From positions 88,350,001-88,414,000 of the forward strand of contig OX597815.1 in NCBI GenBank assembly GCA_951406725.2: a DNA stretch of 64,000 nt. Direction: 5' to 3'. Source of the DNA: Octopus vulgaris (Eukaryota). Positions 27,072-39,377 of this stretch are shown here, one piece after another. The first letter of the stretch is position 1; every line of letters begins with the position of its first letter. Position numbers and translations under genes: made by a program. The notes beneath the pieces are model-generated. The model was not told where the DNA came from and did not search any database. It saw only the letters and a list, made by a program, of their open reading frames with translations.

Positions 27072-28500
27072 TCTCTATCTATAAACGGCAAAATGTCTGT
27101 GTATGTGTGTCCTTAATAGAAATCCAGTTTTTCACGTAAAAGGTTCGCATTTTCTATGGACTTTCAAAACTGTCTGAGGGTGGTCGTGAAGATCTTTTCA
27201 TTTTCCCAGTCACCCGAGAAAGCCATTAAAAAAAATCGATAAACCGACACCTTATGTCCATAAGTTATGGGCATATCCATTCAAAATCGCTAAAACAAAG
27301 AAATTTGTACGCGGTGCGTGCGTACAGCTAGATACACCAATAGACTGCCAGCTATTTTTTGATTGAACGGAGATAATTTCACCCTTGACAGTTGAATGCG
27401 CGTGCGCATTTGCAGACAGTTTGTTTGACTCAGCGCATTTTTGTGTTTTGCGAAGACGCATTATCATGTTTTGGCTTTCAAACGTGCACGCTTTTTTGAT
27501 TTGAGAAATGCAGGGAATAATTAACGAGTTAGGATCTCCAAAGCTACATTCTTCAATGGTCCTTAATCCAATGCAGTCGTCCTCCTCCGAAACAAACCCA
27601 CCATGCACATCTCCACAGCCAATTTCCTCTACAGCCATGTCATTTAGAACCCCTAAGATGGGTTAGTGATAGATTGGGATTAGAAGCTGCCTATTAGAGG
27701 CTCCCAAGCCCCCTTCCGTAAGGTTAGTCTAGGTTTTAGTTGAAGGCTTAGTTGTGTTCCAAACCTAACCTCCTCCGTTTCAGTGGATCGGGAGCCCAAT
27801 TAGCCTTCCGGCGAAAAGGCATACCTATTATTTATACCTTAGTTAACCTTGATGTCTTACGTGCTTCTATGCGTCATGAACTTATAACTATTGACCTTAC
27901 TGTGTGACTTGCTTCAATGCATCATACTCATAAAATCACTTTGAATGCTGTTTTTTTGTGCTCTAATTGATCTGCCTTTTCGCCGGAATCAGCATTTTTC
28001 TTTCCACCATTGCTATTCACTCATAGGACAAGGGGTTTAGGTGAGGTGTCAAAATGGCTGGTATATGCAACTTGATCACCTCTGCCAATCAAACTCCCAA
28101 TCCATGCCTTCCCGTCGCGACACTGATTGCGCAGAACTGGGTTGGGTGTGAAACCAAAACTCAACAAACGAGATTTATGTGTATTTTCAAAATCATGCTA
28201 TTTTGTGGCCAAATTCGAGTTTTTCGCTTTCTTCTACCTCCTTTTTTTGTCCGACTAATGGCATGTGCACAGTCCCGCTAATTTTCCATGATTATGCCGT
28301 TCCAGGTGTGAAAACCGAAGTCTAATGAATATTAATTACTCTCGTAAAAAGCTCCAACTAGCTCATAAACAACAAAACTGGCCCGGGCTGAAATGTGATA
28401 AGAAACTTAGCTCTTGATTTAGTGAAAATTTTTTACTGCGACCCAGCAACGAACAACAAGCACTAGCACTAGATCCGGCGACGCCGGGTCATAGTGCTAG
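27072..28500 (+). mobile_element. Non-autonomous Helitron (~1.4 kb)
   Basis: 5' end A|TCTCTATCTATAAA. Hairpin CCGGCGACGCCGG at 28475-28487, then CTAG|T at 28497-28501. No TSD. Confidence 0.8.
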
Positions 28501-29341
28501 TAATTTATAAAGGTCATACATTTCGGCTTGGGCAGTAGATAATTGCAACTTATTATTTTTTTTCGACTCTTGAAAGGTGAACTGAAAAGCTGGCTATTTT
28601 GTACGTTACTTTATTAATTCTGTCGCCCACTAGTCTAAAATGATTTCTAACGATGGCATAAGGTCAGAAATTACTTGGTTAAAATTAAATTTCATGGGAT
28701 GGTGGGTATTATCGATTAGATTGACACGAATACTTGATTGGTACTTTATTCTATCGACCCTTGAATGATGAACGGTATGATCTGAATTGAGAATATAAAG
28801 AGACTTTCAGGTATTTAGTTTTTGTGATGTATAAGCTTACGAGAGAGCCGCTAAATGGTAAGTTGACCTGCTAGAAATAATAACCAGATCTTCCTCTAAT
28901 CATATCCTGTTGTTTTAACGAAATATGCATGGAGAAATGCAGTCCGCAATGTACAGAAAAGATAGGGTGTTTACATTTAGTAAAAGCAGAGCAAACGAAA
29001 TTGTTCCCACATCAACTTCGTTCCAGTATTTAGAAAACTTATTTTACTACATAATTTAAGTAGAAGAAGGGTAATGCCGATTACTTTTCCAGGTCTTCCC
29101 ACAATGGTGTGAGATCGATACTGCTAACAAACATCCAGCCTGAACAAATGCACGTTAAAATCTGAGTGGAAAGTGACTCGAGCGGTTTCGTTCGAATACT
29201 CGAAACAAATGCAAACGATGAGAGTGAATTTACTTCAAAATAATCAAAGAATGTCTCAAATTTTGTAATGTGATTCTGTTAGAAATCATTTAGAGAAACA
29301 CTGTATGCCATCTTGTGGTTTGAAGATGTTGAAGCACTTTC

Positions 29342-29393
<52 letters not shown>

Positions 29394-29822
29394 AAGCAAG
29401 CGTATTGAATTAACCATCGAAACTCTCAGAAGACTTAATAAATTCGTTTATATTCTTCCAAGGCTTCTGGAACATTATTTGCGTTATCTCCAGCTCAAAA
29501 AAACAAAACAAAAACAAAACAAAATAATAATAATAATACGACATGATAAAATTTTCAAGAGCATTATATTCCGTTTCTCTGTCTGTCTTTCTCCAGAAAT
29601 GGAAAAGCAGTAACGTTGACCATAGTAATGTGTAAGAAGAGAAAATAAAGGAAAGAACTGATAATCTAAGACAATGTATTTTCCAAAAAGAGAATCATTT
29701 CCCGGGGGTATTATTTACTGAAGTACGTCCAGGATTTATTGGTCTACTTCACTTTATAGATTTTAAATTAGAATAACACAAAAAAACACCCCCGAGGACA
29801 TGATCAACAAATATATTTTGAC

Positions 29823-29918
<96 letters not shown>

Positions 29919-32900
29919 CCGTCCGTACGAGAGTGTGTTTCTGTTATTAATTATTAGATCCCTTGTTTATTTTCTCTAGTCGACTATATAGTAAATTGTT
30001 CCTAAAACCCCGTTGTGAATAAATTAAGTTAAAGTCACTGAACATGAAGTCTCTTTCAGATAACAAGTACAAAAACTTGCATTAATGAGTAAAATTTATT
30101 TGGAAAGAAGTCATGCTGGGAGTTTGATGTTAACCAAAATCAAGATAATTGGAACCTAAACATTTACATGTCCCTTGTTTCTCTTCTTCCCATCTCCAAT
30201 ACATCAATTTTTATTGACCGAGTATGATTTATTTTTGCATATGCAATAAAATGAAAACGCACGCATACATTATACACACATACACACACAACTACATATC
30301 ATATAGAAGTTTAGCACACGTGTACACACACACACATACGCACACACAGAAACATATAATCATGCATATACATACAAAAAGGGAGACGAGAAAAGATTTG
30401 TATTTGGAAATACAATTGAAATAAGAGTTATGTTATTGGTATTCACTGATTTCTTTTTTCTCTTTAGATAGAAAGGAAGACAGTGTTCATACCCCTTTAT
30501 AAGGCTTTCGAGATTAGTTGCAGAGTGGAGGAAGGTATTCTGAAACCAGAGACAAAGATACCAAGTGGTGATGTTAAACCCGGCAAACGATGAAATCTAT
30601 CAGCCAAGTAGGCCATGGCGGGATTTGAACCTAGTGCACAAAGAGCTGGAACAAAGGAATCTGGTCGACGTTCCTACAGTCCCGCCAATGCTCTGTCCTG
30701 GACTGTTTTTCTTTTACATTGACTGTGAAAGGGTAAAGCGTAAAGCTGGCCTCGGAAGGATTTGATCTAAGGGTTCAAAGAAACGAAACACTGTGAGACA
30801 ATTATACAACTCTCTAACGACTCTCCTGATTTGTTGCCTATGATTGACTAGTCTTATTGTAAAGCATTTTGTCCAGCACTAACAGTTTCAGTCAGTAACA
30901 TTATCATCAGTAAGGACTTCTTGCACAGGCATAAACCTACAAGTCTTTAGGGAAGTGATAAGATGTATTAAGAGATGGAATGAAAAAGGCGATTCGGGAA
31001 AAATTTGAACTTAGATCCCCGAAGAACGAGAACAAGGGCTTACTCTGATACATTTAAACTATGATGTCTTGTTTCTACTGACCTAAAGTTCTAAAGAGAT
31101 GTGGATTTTTAAAGAGATAAAGTTATAGTACATACATTTGGAACAATTTCTAATTTTTATTTTATTTCGCGCAACTGGAACAATATCTGCATAAGAGTTC
31201 TGATCTATTGTATGGGTCAAAATATTGTTGTTAGAGATCTTAAAAAATAAATATAAAATTACAAGTGGCAAGCACAGAAAACGTATATGGATAGAATGAA
31301 GAAGTTTACAACGTTCCATTATTCTGTTAGGTTTCCAATTAAAACATGTCCAAAAGTTTGCCTCACTCGTGTGACTATCTCTATGATGGTCAGATATGAA
31401 AGCAAAATCAAGACTTGATAATCTATACTGTTCAGTTAAAAACTATTTAGCCAAGGATGGGTTCATTATTACTGATGGAGATATCTATACTTTCACTACC
31501 CTGTATTAAGTTTTGATTGGTGTAGTAAGATCTAAAAACCAATGAGTTTTTAGAACACCCTCTCGAACCCATCCTACTCTCATCTTTTTATGTTACTCTA
31601 GGTGAACTTGGCTATTGAGAGTTAAGGTGTTTGACCTTAAAATATTCGTAGAATAGCTGACAGGATACGAAGCTCCAATTCCTCAACTAAGAGTCGCAAA
31701 ACTTAAGATAAATATAAACATCCATAATTCTCACGATTCCTATCAGCTATAGTAATCATATCCATTTATAACTTTCACACAGTGGCTGCATAATATTCAT
31801 TGATTACAGAAATCAATTATACCACGCAATCTGACTATTATTTTGTATTCTGTGTATCCCACTTCTGTCAAGTTTTAGCTACTTACAAATCAGCAAACAT
31901 TATTAATCTCTCTGGATCTATGTTAGATACTGAGGTTAGTAAAGGCAGGAAGATAATATTTATATTTAATTCAAACACGTCAAAAACGAAGCCTTTATGC
32001 AGTCTACTAGAACAGTCTCTAAATCTCTCAAATCACACGCGATCATCTTAAAAGATGTAGAGCTTTGTAAGATCAGGGCTGACCCGGAGTTAAACAGTAT
32101 CTATAGCAACTGAATACAAATTATCAGGCACTCATCCTTACCTTTCTTGTTCTATAAAATATTCCATTTTCAGCAGTTTGATCTCCGTTATTTGTCGGAT
32201 GTCATATCTGAGATGTTTATTTATATGTGCTCAGGCTAGGTCTGGATCTGAAACTCACGAATCTTTATTATCCGGACTGTTACCTAATGTATAAATGAGT
32301 GGTGCTAAGAGTTCGCCAACAAATAATTCAAAGGTTTGCAGCAACATTAGAACATAAGAGGCACTCAGACATTCAGATGTGCACTGCCGAGAAAGAGCAG
32401 CAGGCAACATACAGACACTTCTTCAACAATGTGGTGCAACACTAGCACTGCCAATTTAACAGCTATATACCATAGCATTACCTTTGACTTGCTATATGGC
32501 AGCCTAGAATAGAACTGCAACTAACCAGTAAATGCATCAGTAATACAGATCATATCATTCATGATGTTAAATACATCAGGAGGCAGCAAACAGTAAAATG
32601 CGTTGGAAATCTTGAATCCAATAGAGATGTTTCGTTGTACATATGAACATTATACTCAATTCTACTTGCTCCAATCTACCTAGCTGTTGGAATTACCTAA
32701 TTGTGAATGTTACTTGAGATAGACGGGATATCCAGGGATCAATGATGTCAGAAACAAGCACGCATCTTTGAAAGCCATTCCAGGTCCATGAGACGCTTAC
32801 AGATTTACATCTTCGACCGGAATATCGCGATTTAAGTGTCTTCAATAGAAAAACAACTCAATACTGGTGCCAACCTTTTAAACCAGCAAGCTAGTATCCT

Positions 32901-34853
32901 GTTGATTTACTCCGAAGTTCCACAGTACGTGTTAATGTCTATACAAGAAAAGTATACCACCCCATGTAGAACATTCTAGTTGTGAACTGGAGGCGCATGT
33001 TACAAAATAACTTGAAATATTTACTGATATACGAGACTAAATTTTTTAAAATTCTATTGTAAACAAGAAAAAAATGATAATTCAATATAATTTAACAAAT
33101 TGTATTATAAGGAGACGGTTTCTGATATTCTTCGGATTGTATTTGCTTTGAAAAGTTTGGACAAGTCTGGTAAAAAGACCGTGAAAAATCTACAATGTCA
33201 AAAAGAAACGAAAATTTAAAATAAAATAATACTTTCATATTACTATATTAATTGGGGATAGTTGAAAATATTCTAACGTATTGATCTGCTTAGTTTAATC
33301 GATAATATAAGATGTTTGTTGCCTGTTGACAGATCCCAATAGATAACAAAAATCATAAAAATCCGCAAAAGGTCAACATCCGGGAATCTTATTTAATGAT
33401 CTTTGGTAAATATGAAAATATCAAAACATGTTTACTACGTACAAACCGGATATTAAAACAAAAAGAAACCACGAAATTTCTTACTTAAGCCCGTTTGACG
33501 ACATTGTATACACAATGGTAATTGAAGTAATAGTAGCAATAATAGAGGTGAAAGGTGTGGTACACTAAAATTTCAAGTGACGAAAATACCATTTCCGTAG
33601 ATGTTAAAGCAAAAACGTCGCCGCTCATTGTTCTCTGAAGAAGCAGAAATTAATATCGTGTTTTTGTGTCACTAACACACTTGATTTATAAAGGAAAATT
33701 CTCCATCGTATTATATTACACAAATATACGCTATTTGGATAAATGGGCAATGCGTTTGCAATCCAATTGTTTTTTAGAAAATAAATATTTGTTTATCTGA
33801 CAAATAATGACTGTTGTGGGGAAGATTAGGAAAATAAATTATTAAAGGTCACTTTTGACTGTTCATTCCACTGAATTCTGAAATTCAAGTGGAGTCCATT
33901 ATACTAGTCCGCAGAGATTTATCAGCAGATAGGGGAAAATTACAAAGCAGAGGGAAAATTTCAAATGGGAATGTTCTGGTAAAGGATTGAACAAAGTATT
34001 TATAGGAGGGGAATAAAAGCAAACGGTAGGGAAGAGCTTTTTGTGAAGCGCTAGGCTACTTCATCTCACCAACAAATATCATACATATAGGTTTATACAT
34101 AACATCATAAACTAGATAATTGTTTTCTTTTTTGTACTTTCAATAGGATTCGAAGTGCTGTAGACCGGTGCTTCTTTATAAATTCTATTGCTCATTTTCC
34201 CTCGGGAATGTAACTTGTCGATAAGACAGAATAGAGGAAGCAAAATGTGTCTGGTGAGTTTAGAAGAAAAAAAAGCGTAGTGTCAATATATCTGAGGAGC
34301 ATAGACCGTTATAGAAGCTGTTGAAGGGATATAGACAGAAGACCAGGAGGATGGGAGAGAGAGGGAGAGTGAGAAGGGAGAGAGAGAGAGAGAAGGGGGG
34401 AGAGAGAGAGAGGGGGATAGAGAAAATTGTAGGTATATCTATCAGATAAACTGATTTTTATGAATATGGTATAGAACAATAATTCTTAAATGAAAGCTAT
34501 CCTAACACTCCATCCTTTGTGGCACTGGAATTGCTTAAACTTGATTTATGAATAAAGTTGAACAGCTAATATACTTTAGTGCACTACTCACAAATTTGGG
34601 GGTGAGTACTCGCTGAACAAATATGCAAGTGATTCATACGTTTTTCGGTCTCCGATTCACTTTACATTTCATTCTCAGTATCCCGTAAAAGAACGGTGGG
34701 GTTATGAAAATTCACGTGTCTTGACTGGCAGGCAAAGAAAACAAAACGGAGAATCAAGGGGATGATGGATAAATATAAAACAGGTGAATCACCGATACAA
34801 AATGTGTGTGTGTGTGTGTGAGTGTGTGCATCTCTCTCTCTCATATATATATA

Positions 34854-35241
34854 TACTCTTTTACTTGTTTCAGTCATTTGACTGCGGCCATGCTGGAGCA
34901 CCGCCTTTAGTCGAGCAAATCGACCCCGGGACTTATTCTTTGTAAGCCCAATACTTATTCTATCGGTCTCTTTTGCCGAACCGTTAAGTGACGGGTACGT
35001 AAACACACCAGCATCGGTTGTCAAGCAATGCTAGGGGGACAAACACACACACACACACATACATATATATATATACATATACGACAGGCTTCTTTCAGTT
35101 TCCGTCTACCAAATCCACTCACAAGGCATTGGTCGGCCCGGGGCTATAGCAGAAGACACTTGCCCAAGATGCCACGCAGTGGACTGAACCCGGAGCCATG
35201 TGGTTGGTTAGCAAGCTACTTACCACACAGCCACTCCTGCG

Positions 35242-35243
<2 letters not shown>
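34854..35243 (-). mobile_element. SINE family B, full length
   Basis: Reverse complement of 11011-11387, inserted between (TA)n runs. Confidence 0.9.
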
Positions 35244-35292
<49 letters not shown>

Positions 35293-35338
35293 GGGAAGGC
35301 CGGTTTATGGGATTACTTTAGGTTTCCCGTCCATAAAG

Positions 35339-35488
35339 GGTTTAGCTTTATGGCGTATCGTCAGATTCTCCCAAAACCTGTTGGTCTATGACCTCTTAAA
35401 GATATGGATGAGTATTTGCTTCCATATGTTTATGAGGTCATAGGCCTACAGGCTTTTGGGATCTGACGATACGCCATAAAGCTAAACC
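35339..35488. repeat. 150-bp hairpin-forming inverted repeat
   Basis: Perfect 28-bp outer arms GGTTTAGCTTTATGGCGTATCGTCAGAT / ATCTGACGATACGCCATAAAGCTAAACC. Imperfect pairing continues to a loop of about 12 nt. Confidence 0.9.
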
Positions 35489-35775
35489 TCTGCATCTTAG
35501 AGAGTGCTTCTTTCGGATTTTAAACACGATATATATTGTTACTAAAATGTTTTATTTGGAAAGAAAAAAGTGGATTTTCATTTAGGCATATTGATTCGAA
35601 CCTGAATTTACATCATGTCCTTTTGACGTACCACAGTACTTTCTCACAGAGAGACAAGAATTGACAGCTGAGACACTCAGCACATGGCCTATGCCAAGCC
35701 GATTTATGTATTCTCCACTTGACCCTTTTAACCCCTCCTATACAAACAACAGTTGACAAGAGATAAAGAAGATAC

Positions 35776-35791
35776 CTGCAGCGGTTTCCAT
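35776..35791 (-). CDS. Candidate first coding exon of the MIEAP-domain gene (METAA+1 nt)
   Basis: caaaacaATGGAAACCGCTGCAG|gtatct has a good start context. The phase-1 donor matches the phase-1 acceptor at 12503, giving METAAAGWQAPRKR. Confidence 0.45.
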
Positions 35792-36376
35792 TGTTTTGAG
35801 AGCAATATGTCTCTCTTTCTTGCTATGTTGCGATTATTATAAATACAGAAAATTAGCAAGCCAAAGTCAGTACGTAAAAGGAATTCTTTGAAGGTGTTTG
35901 CGAAGATATAACAAGACAGGCGACTGCGGCCGATATACATCTGCCCTTTACCCTTACACCAGTTCACATTTCCACCCTATAACATTACTCTGTCTTTCTC
36001 GACGGCTGCTGAAACGACAAGCAGAACGTTAGCATCACTGTCTTTCTCCTCTTTTTCAATGTCTATCAACTTACTACTGCAAACAGCATAGGCAGTAAAC
36101 GACAAAACAAGAAAACGGTAAGGGCGACTTCCTTTTTGTTTTGATTGCTCGCTTCTGTAGCAACTGCTGGAGTATCAACTTCCATGAAGGAAATCCACCT
36201 GCCATAACAATATATATATATATAAGTAGGTGAATGAATTACCCTAGTATTGATAATTCGGATAATCGATACCTGGGTAGCAAATTTACGTCAGAAAACA
36301 CGGTTGAAGCTACATGTCAAGGGTAGAAACCCCGTGTTCTTGTGTGGTAATTTGTGTGTTTTTTTTATATGAATAA

Positions 36377-36740
36377 ATGAAAGAATGGAGTCGAACGAAG
36401 ATTTTAACAAAATTCCTTTACTCTCAACACATGTTTCGAAGACTGCATACTCTTAATTCCGAAGGAATAAAGGGTGCATTATGCCGTCTTCTCATCAGGA
36501 AAGACAAGGAACCTCTGTCAGCCTCAAGACGAACAAAAACTTTTTTATGACTGCCTACATGGCGTCCACAGTAGGCATAATGCACGAAGACGGCATAATG
36601 CACGAAGACGGCATAATGCACGAAGACGGCATAATGCATAATGCACCCTTTATTCCTTCGGAATTAAGAGTATGGAGTCTTCGAAACATGTGTTGAGAGT
36701 AAAGGAATTTTGTTAAAATCTTCGTTCGACTCCATTCTTT

Positions 36741-36743
<3 letters not shown>
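36377..36743 (-). mobile_element. Penelope-like fold-back element with hammerhead motif
   Basis: ~115-bp inverted arms at 36377-36491 and 36622-36743. Three tandem 18-mers at 36574-36627. Abuts a (TA)n run. Confidence 0.75.
36421..36503 (-). ncRNA. Type I hammerhead ribozyme motif with intact core
   Basis: Minus strand reads ctttc-CTGATGA-gaagac(g gcata...tatgc a)gtcttc-GAAAC-atgt-GTT-gagag. Stems I, II and a minimal stem III with palindrome ACATGT all pair. Confidence 0.75.
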
Positions 36744-36799
<56 letters not shown>

Positions 36800-36834
36800 A
36801 TATATGTATATATATATATGTATGTATGTATAAC

Positions 36835-37240
36835 AACACTGAAAAGGCTGGAGTTGGAAAAACTTCATCTGCAGACCGACATGAAAACCTTGATTGAAAA
36901 TCAAAGAGCTGCGGAGGAACAGTGGGTAATCAAAAACATCAAACAGAACCCCCAAAGTGTTCTACTATTATGCAAATAAGCATAGAACCGCTGTCTCACT
37001 CATTGGGCCATTGATCAATGATAACGGCATTCCCCAACACGATGCTAAAGAAATGACAGAAATACTGCAGAAACAATACTGCTCTGTCTTTAGTGATCCC
37101 ACTGATATTGACGTAAGAGAAGCGAACGAAGTTGATTTCCAGCATAAAATCTCGGACATAACCTTCACTGCCTCTGACATCATAGCAGCAATAAATGAGG
37201 TCAAATACTATTCTGCTGTAGGCCCTGATATATTCTCCGC
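36835..37240 (+). pseudogene. LINE ORF2 fragment (endonuclease-RT linker; Jockey/CR1/I-like)
   Basis: IKQNP-K-VFYYYANKHR...IGPL...EMTEILQKQYCSVFS...SAVGPD, with one frameshift. Confidence 0.8.
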
Positions 37241-37558
37241 TAGTCTCTCTATATGTATCACATCTAAACTAACTATGACTTAATTTTTCCTCTCACACCG
37301 TCTCCGATGAAGGGATATTATTAATTAATGTCCTAGAAACAGCCGTAAGACCTTCTATCTATAAATGCTCTAATATCTATACAGTCTTGGTTTTATTTAT
37401 CTCATTACGCAAAGAATTCATATATACACACGCTGACTTAGAACCAACGTTGAACTCTTTATTCGCAATATTACCGAATCTGGAACTTAACTATGGTCTG
37501 TCTATAGCACTTATTCAGCATTACCTGATACCTTTGGGTCTCAATGACACCATTATCT

Positions 37559-37560
<2 letters not shown>
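37240..37560 (+). mobile_element. Penelope-like element remnant
   Basis: Hammerhead motif at 37300-37351, followed by sequence translating to ...LIPLGLN, which is reminiscent of the PLE GIY-YIG C-terminus. Confidence 0.5.
37300..37351 (+). ncRNA. Minimal hammerhead motif, variant core
   Basis: gtct-CCGATGA-ag-ggatatta(ttaat)taatgtcc-ta-GAAAC-agcc-GTA-agac. Confidence 0.6.
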
Positions 37561-37606
<46 letters not shown>

Positions 37607-38530
37607 ATACTTCATCACAGTAAAGTTAATTATAAGAGACGTGAAAAACTTTGTAATATCCTCCAAACGTAGAACGATGCCATGGGGACGCGACATCGCT
37701 ATGTGAAGTATGTTGTAGGCAAGAGGGTTTGGTTTCGCGATGAACTATCATTAATAATTAGGCATTTATAACGAGTGTAATGATATTTCAATAAAGGAAA
37801 TGTAAATTCTGTTGCACGTCTACAAAACAACAATGTTCACGAATGTTTTCTACCCAAATGTAGAAAGTTAGAGATATATTTATAGTCTTCTTCATAGTTT
37901 CACCGTGTCCCAGATGCGTGCAGAAGCATTGAAACAGTTCTTCACACACTATTTTAGTGATTTATGGAATGTTGCCCAACAGTTTTTGTTGCTTTTATGA
38001 CTGATCCTGCTATTTGCCGAATCCGCCGAAAATATCGTTCTGTGGCCTTCCTTTGTTCGAGGAGAGCTGGTAGTTTTTAAAAAATTGATGGTAGATATAG
38101 ATTAAAATGCTGCATGGTGGAGTGTTTGAAAAGATTGAGGATCGACTTTCATGTTCAATTAAGACTGATTTTTAAAATTTCTTCTTGGAGGAGAAGGCGA
38201 TAGTGGAGAGAGAGGTGCTGCTAATTAGTAAATTTGTTCAAAAGGTGGTTAGATTGGTGAGTATGGCTCAAGTGAATCGATTACAAAATTTCAGGCTTTG
38301 TGTTGATTTGTAGAAAAAATTATTCCATTTCATGTGAGAGTCAATTGAAACGATTTTTCTTTTAAATTGTATTTTCAGCAATCATCAATAAATAACGGTT
38401 TAGAATCATTTACTTGGCTTGTATGTTTGGTTAGTTTTTGTTTTAGTATCATACTCGTTTCAAAATTACACATCAGTGCAGAATTCTGACAATTAAGGCA
38501 TATACATGCACACAATTGCACGCCTTTTCA

Positions 38531-38581
<51 letters not shown>

Positions 38582-39377
38582 GTATGTCTGTGCTCTTTTC
38601 ATACACGCACATATATATATCTTGCGTTGTCAGTCTCATCTTTTGCACTTGGTAACATTTTCCAGATATTTTCTCCATCAAAATAGATACATTAAGAAGA
38701 AAATAAATATATTTAGAAAAGAAAATACATAAAAAAAACTGTACGCCGAAGTTGTAAGCATTGGTAATTATTTAGTTTTATAAGAAAAAAGAGCTACGCC
38801 AGCATATAATGTTGTTGATGGTGATGCTAATAATAATAATAATAGTAATTTCTTATGTAAAAAAAGTAATGATAATAATCATAGAATAGAAACACATTCT
38901 CGCGGTTTATATTAATTGAGTCTTCAGAAAGCTGTTTACGCCAAAGGCTAAGGAACTGTCAAGTTGGAAGCGATATAGAAAGTTTTGAACGCGATTATAA
39001 AATCAAAGAGCTCTGAGTGCATCTGCTTACGGGAAGAACGTAAGAGAAGAACATTTCTACTATCAGGTACGTGCATTTCACTCATCCAAAGTAAGACATC
39101 AAGTGTTTTGTAAATAATAGACAAAACAACTTGCTAGCCAAACTATAAACAAATAATTTAGTAGAATAATACTATTTTTTCTTCAATAAGAAGTATTGAT
39201 CACACAAAGAACATAATATGTGGTATGATACATTATACTCGTGTGTAGGCTATAGTCTGTTGTAAGAGACAGATGTAGATGACCCAGCGATGGCGGTCGT
39301 ATGTTTGCCGACGATGCTGCGTCTATGACAAAGAAAGGCTAATTCTCAAAACCATTCGATATACCTCACTGAAAGCA

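Noticed and set aside
29085-29134. Possible first exon MFVSSIDLTPLWEDLE
   Set aside because: The donor is weak and phase 2, which does not match the phase-1 acceptor at 12503.
32142-32207. Possible 66-nt minus-strand exon with an AG|gtaagg donor
   Set aside because: The acceptor lacks a pyrimidine tract, and phase 2-2 is incompatible with the neighbouring exons.
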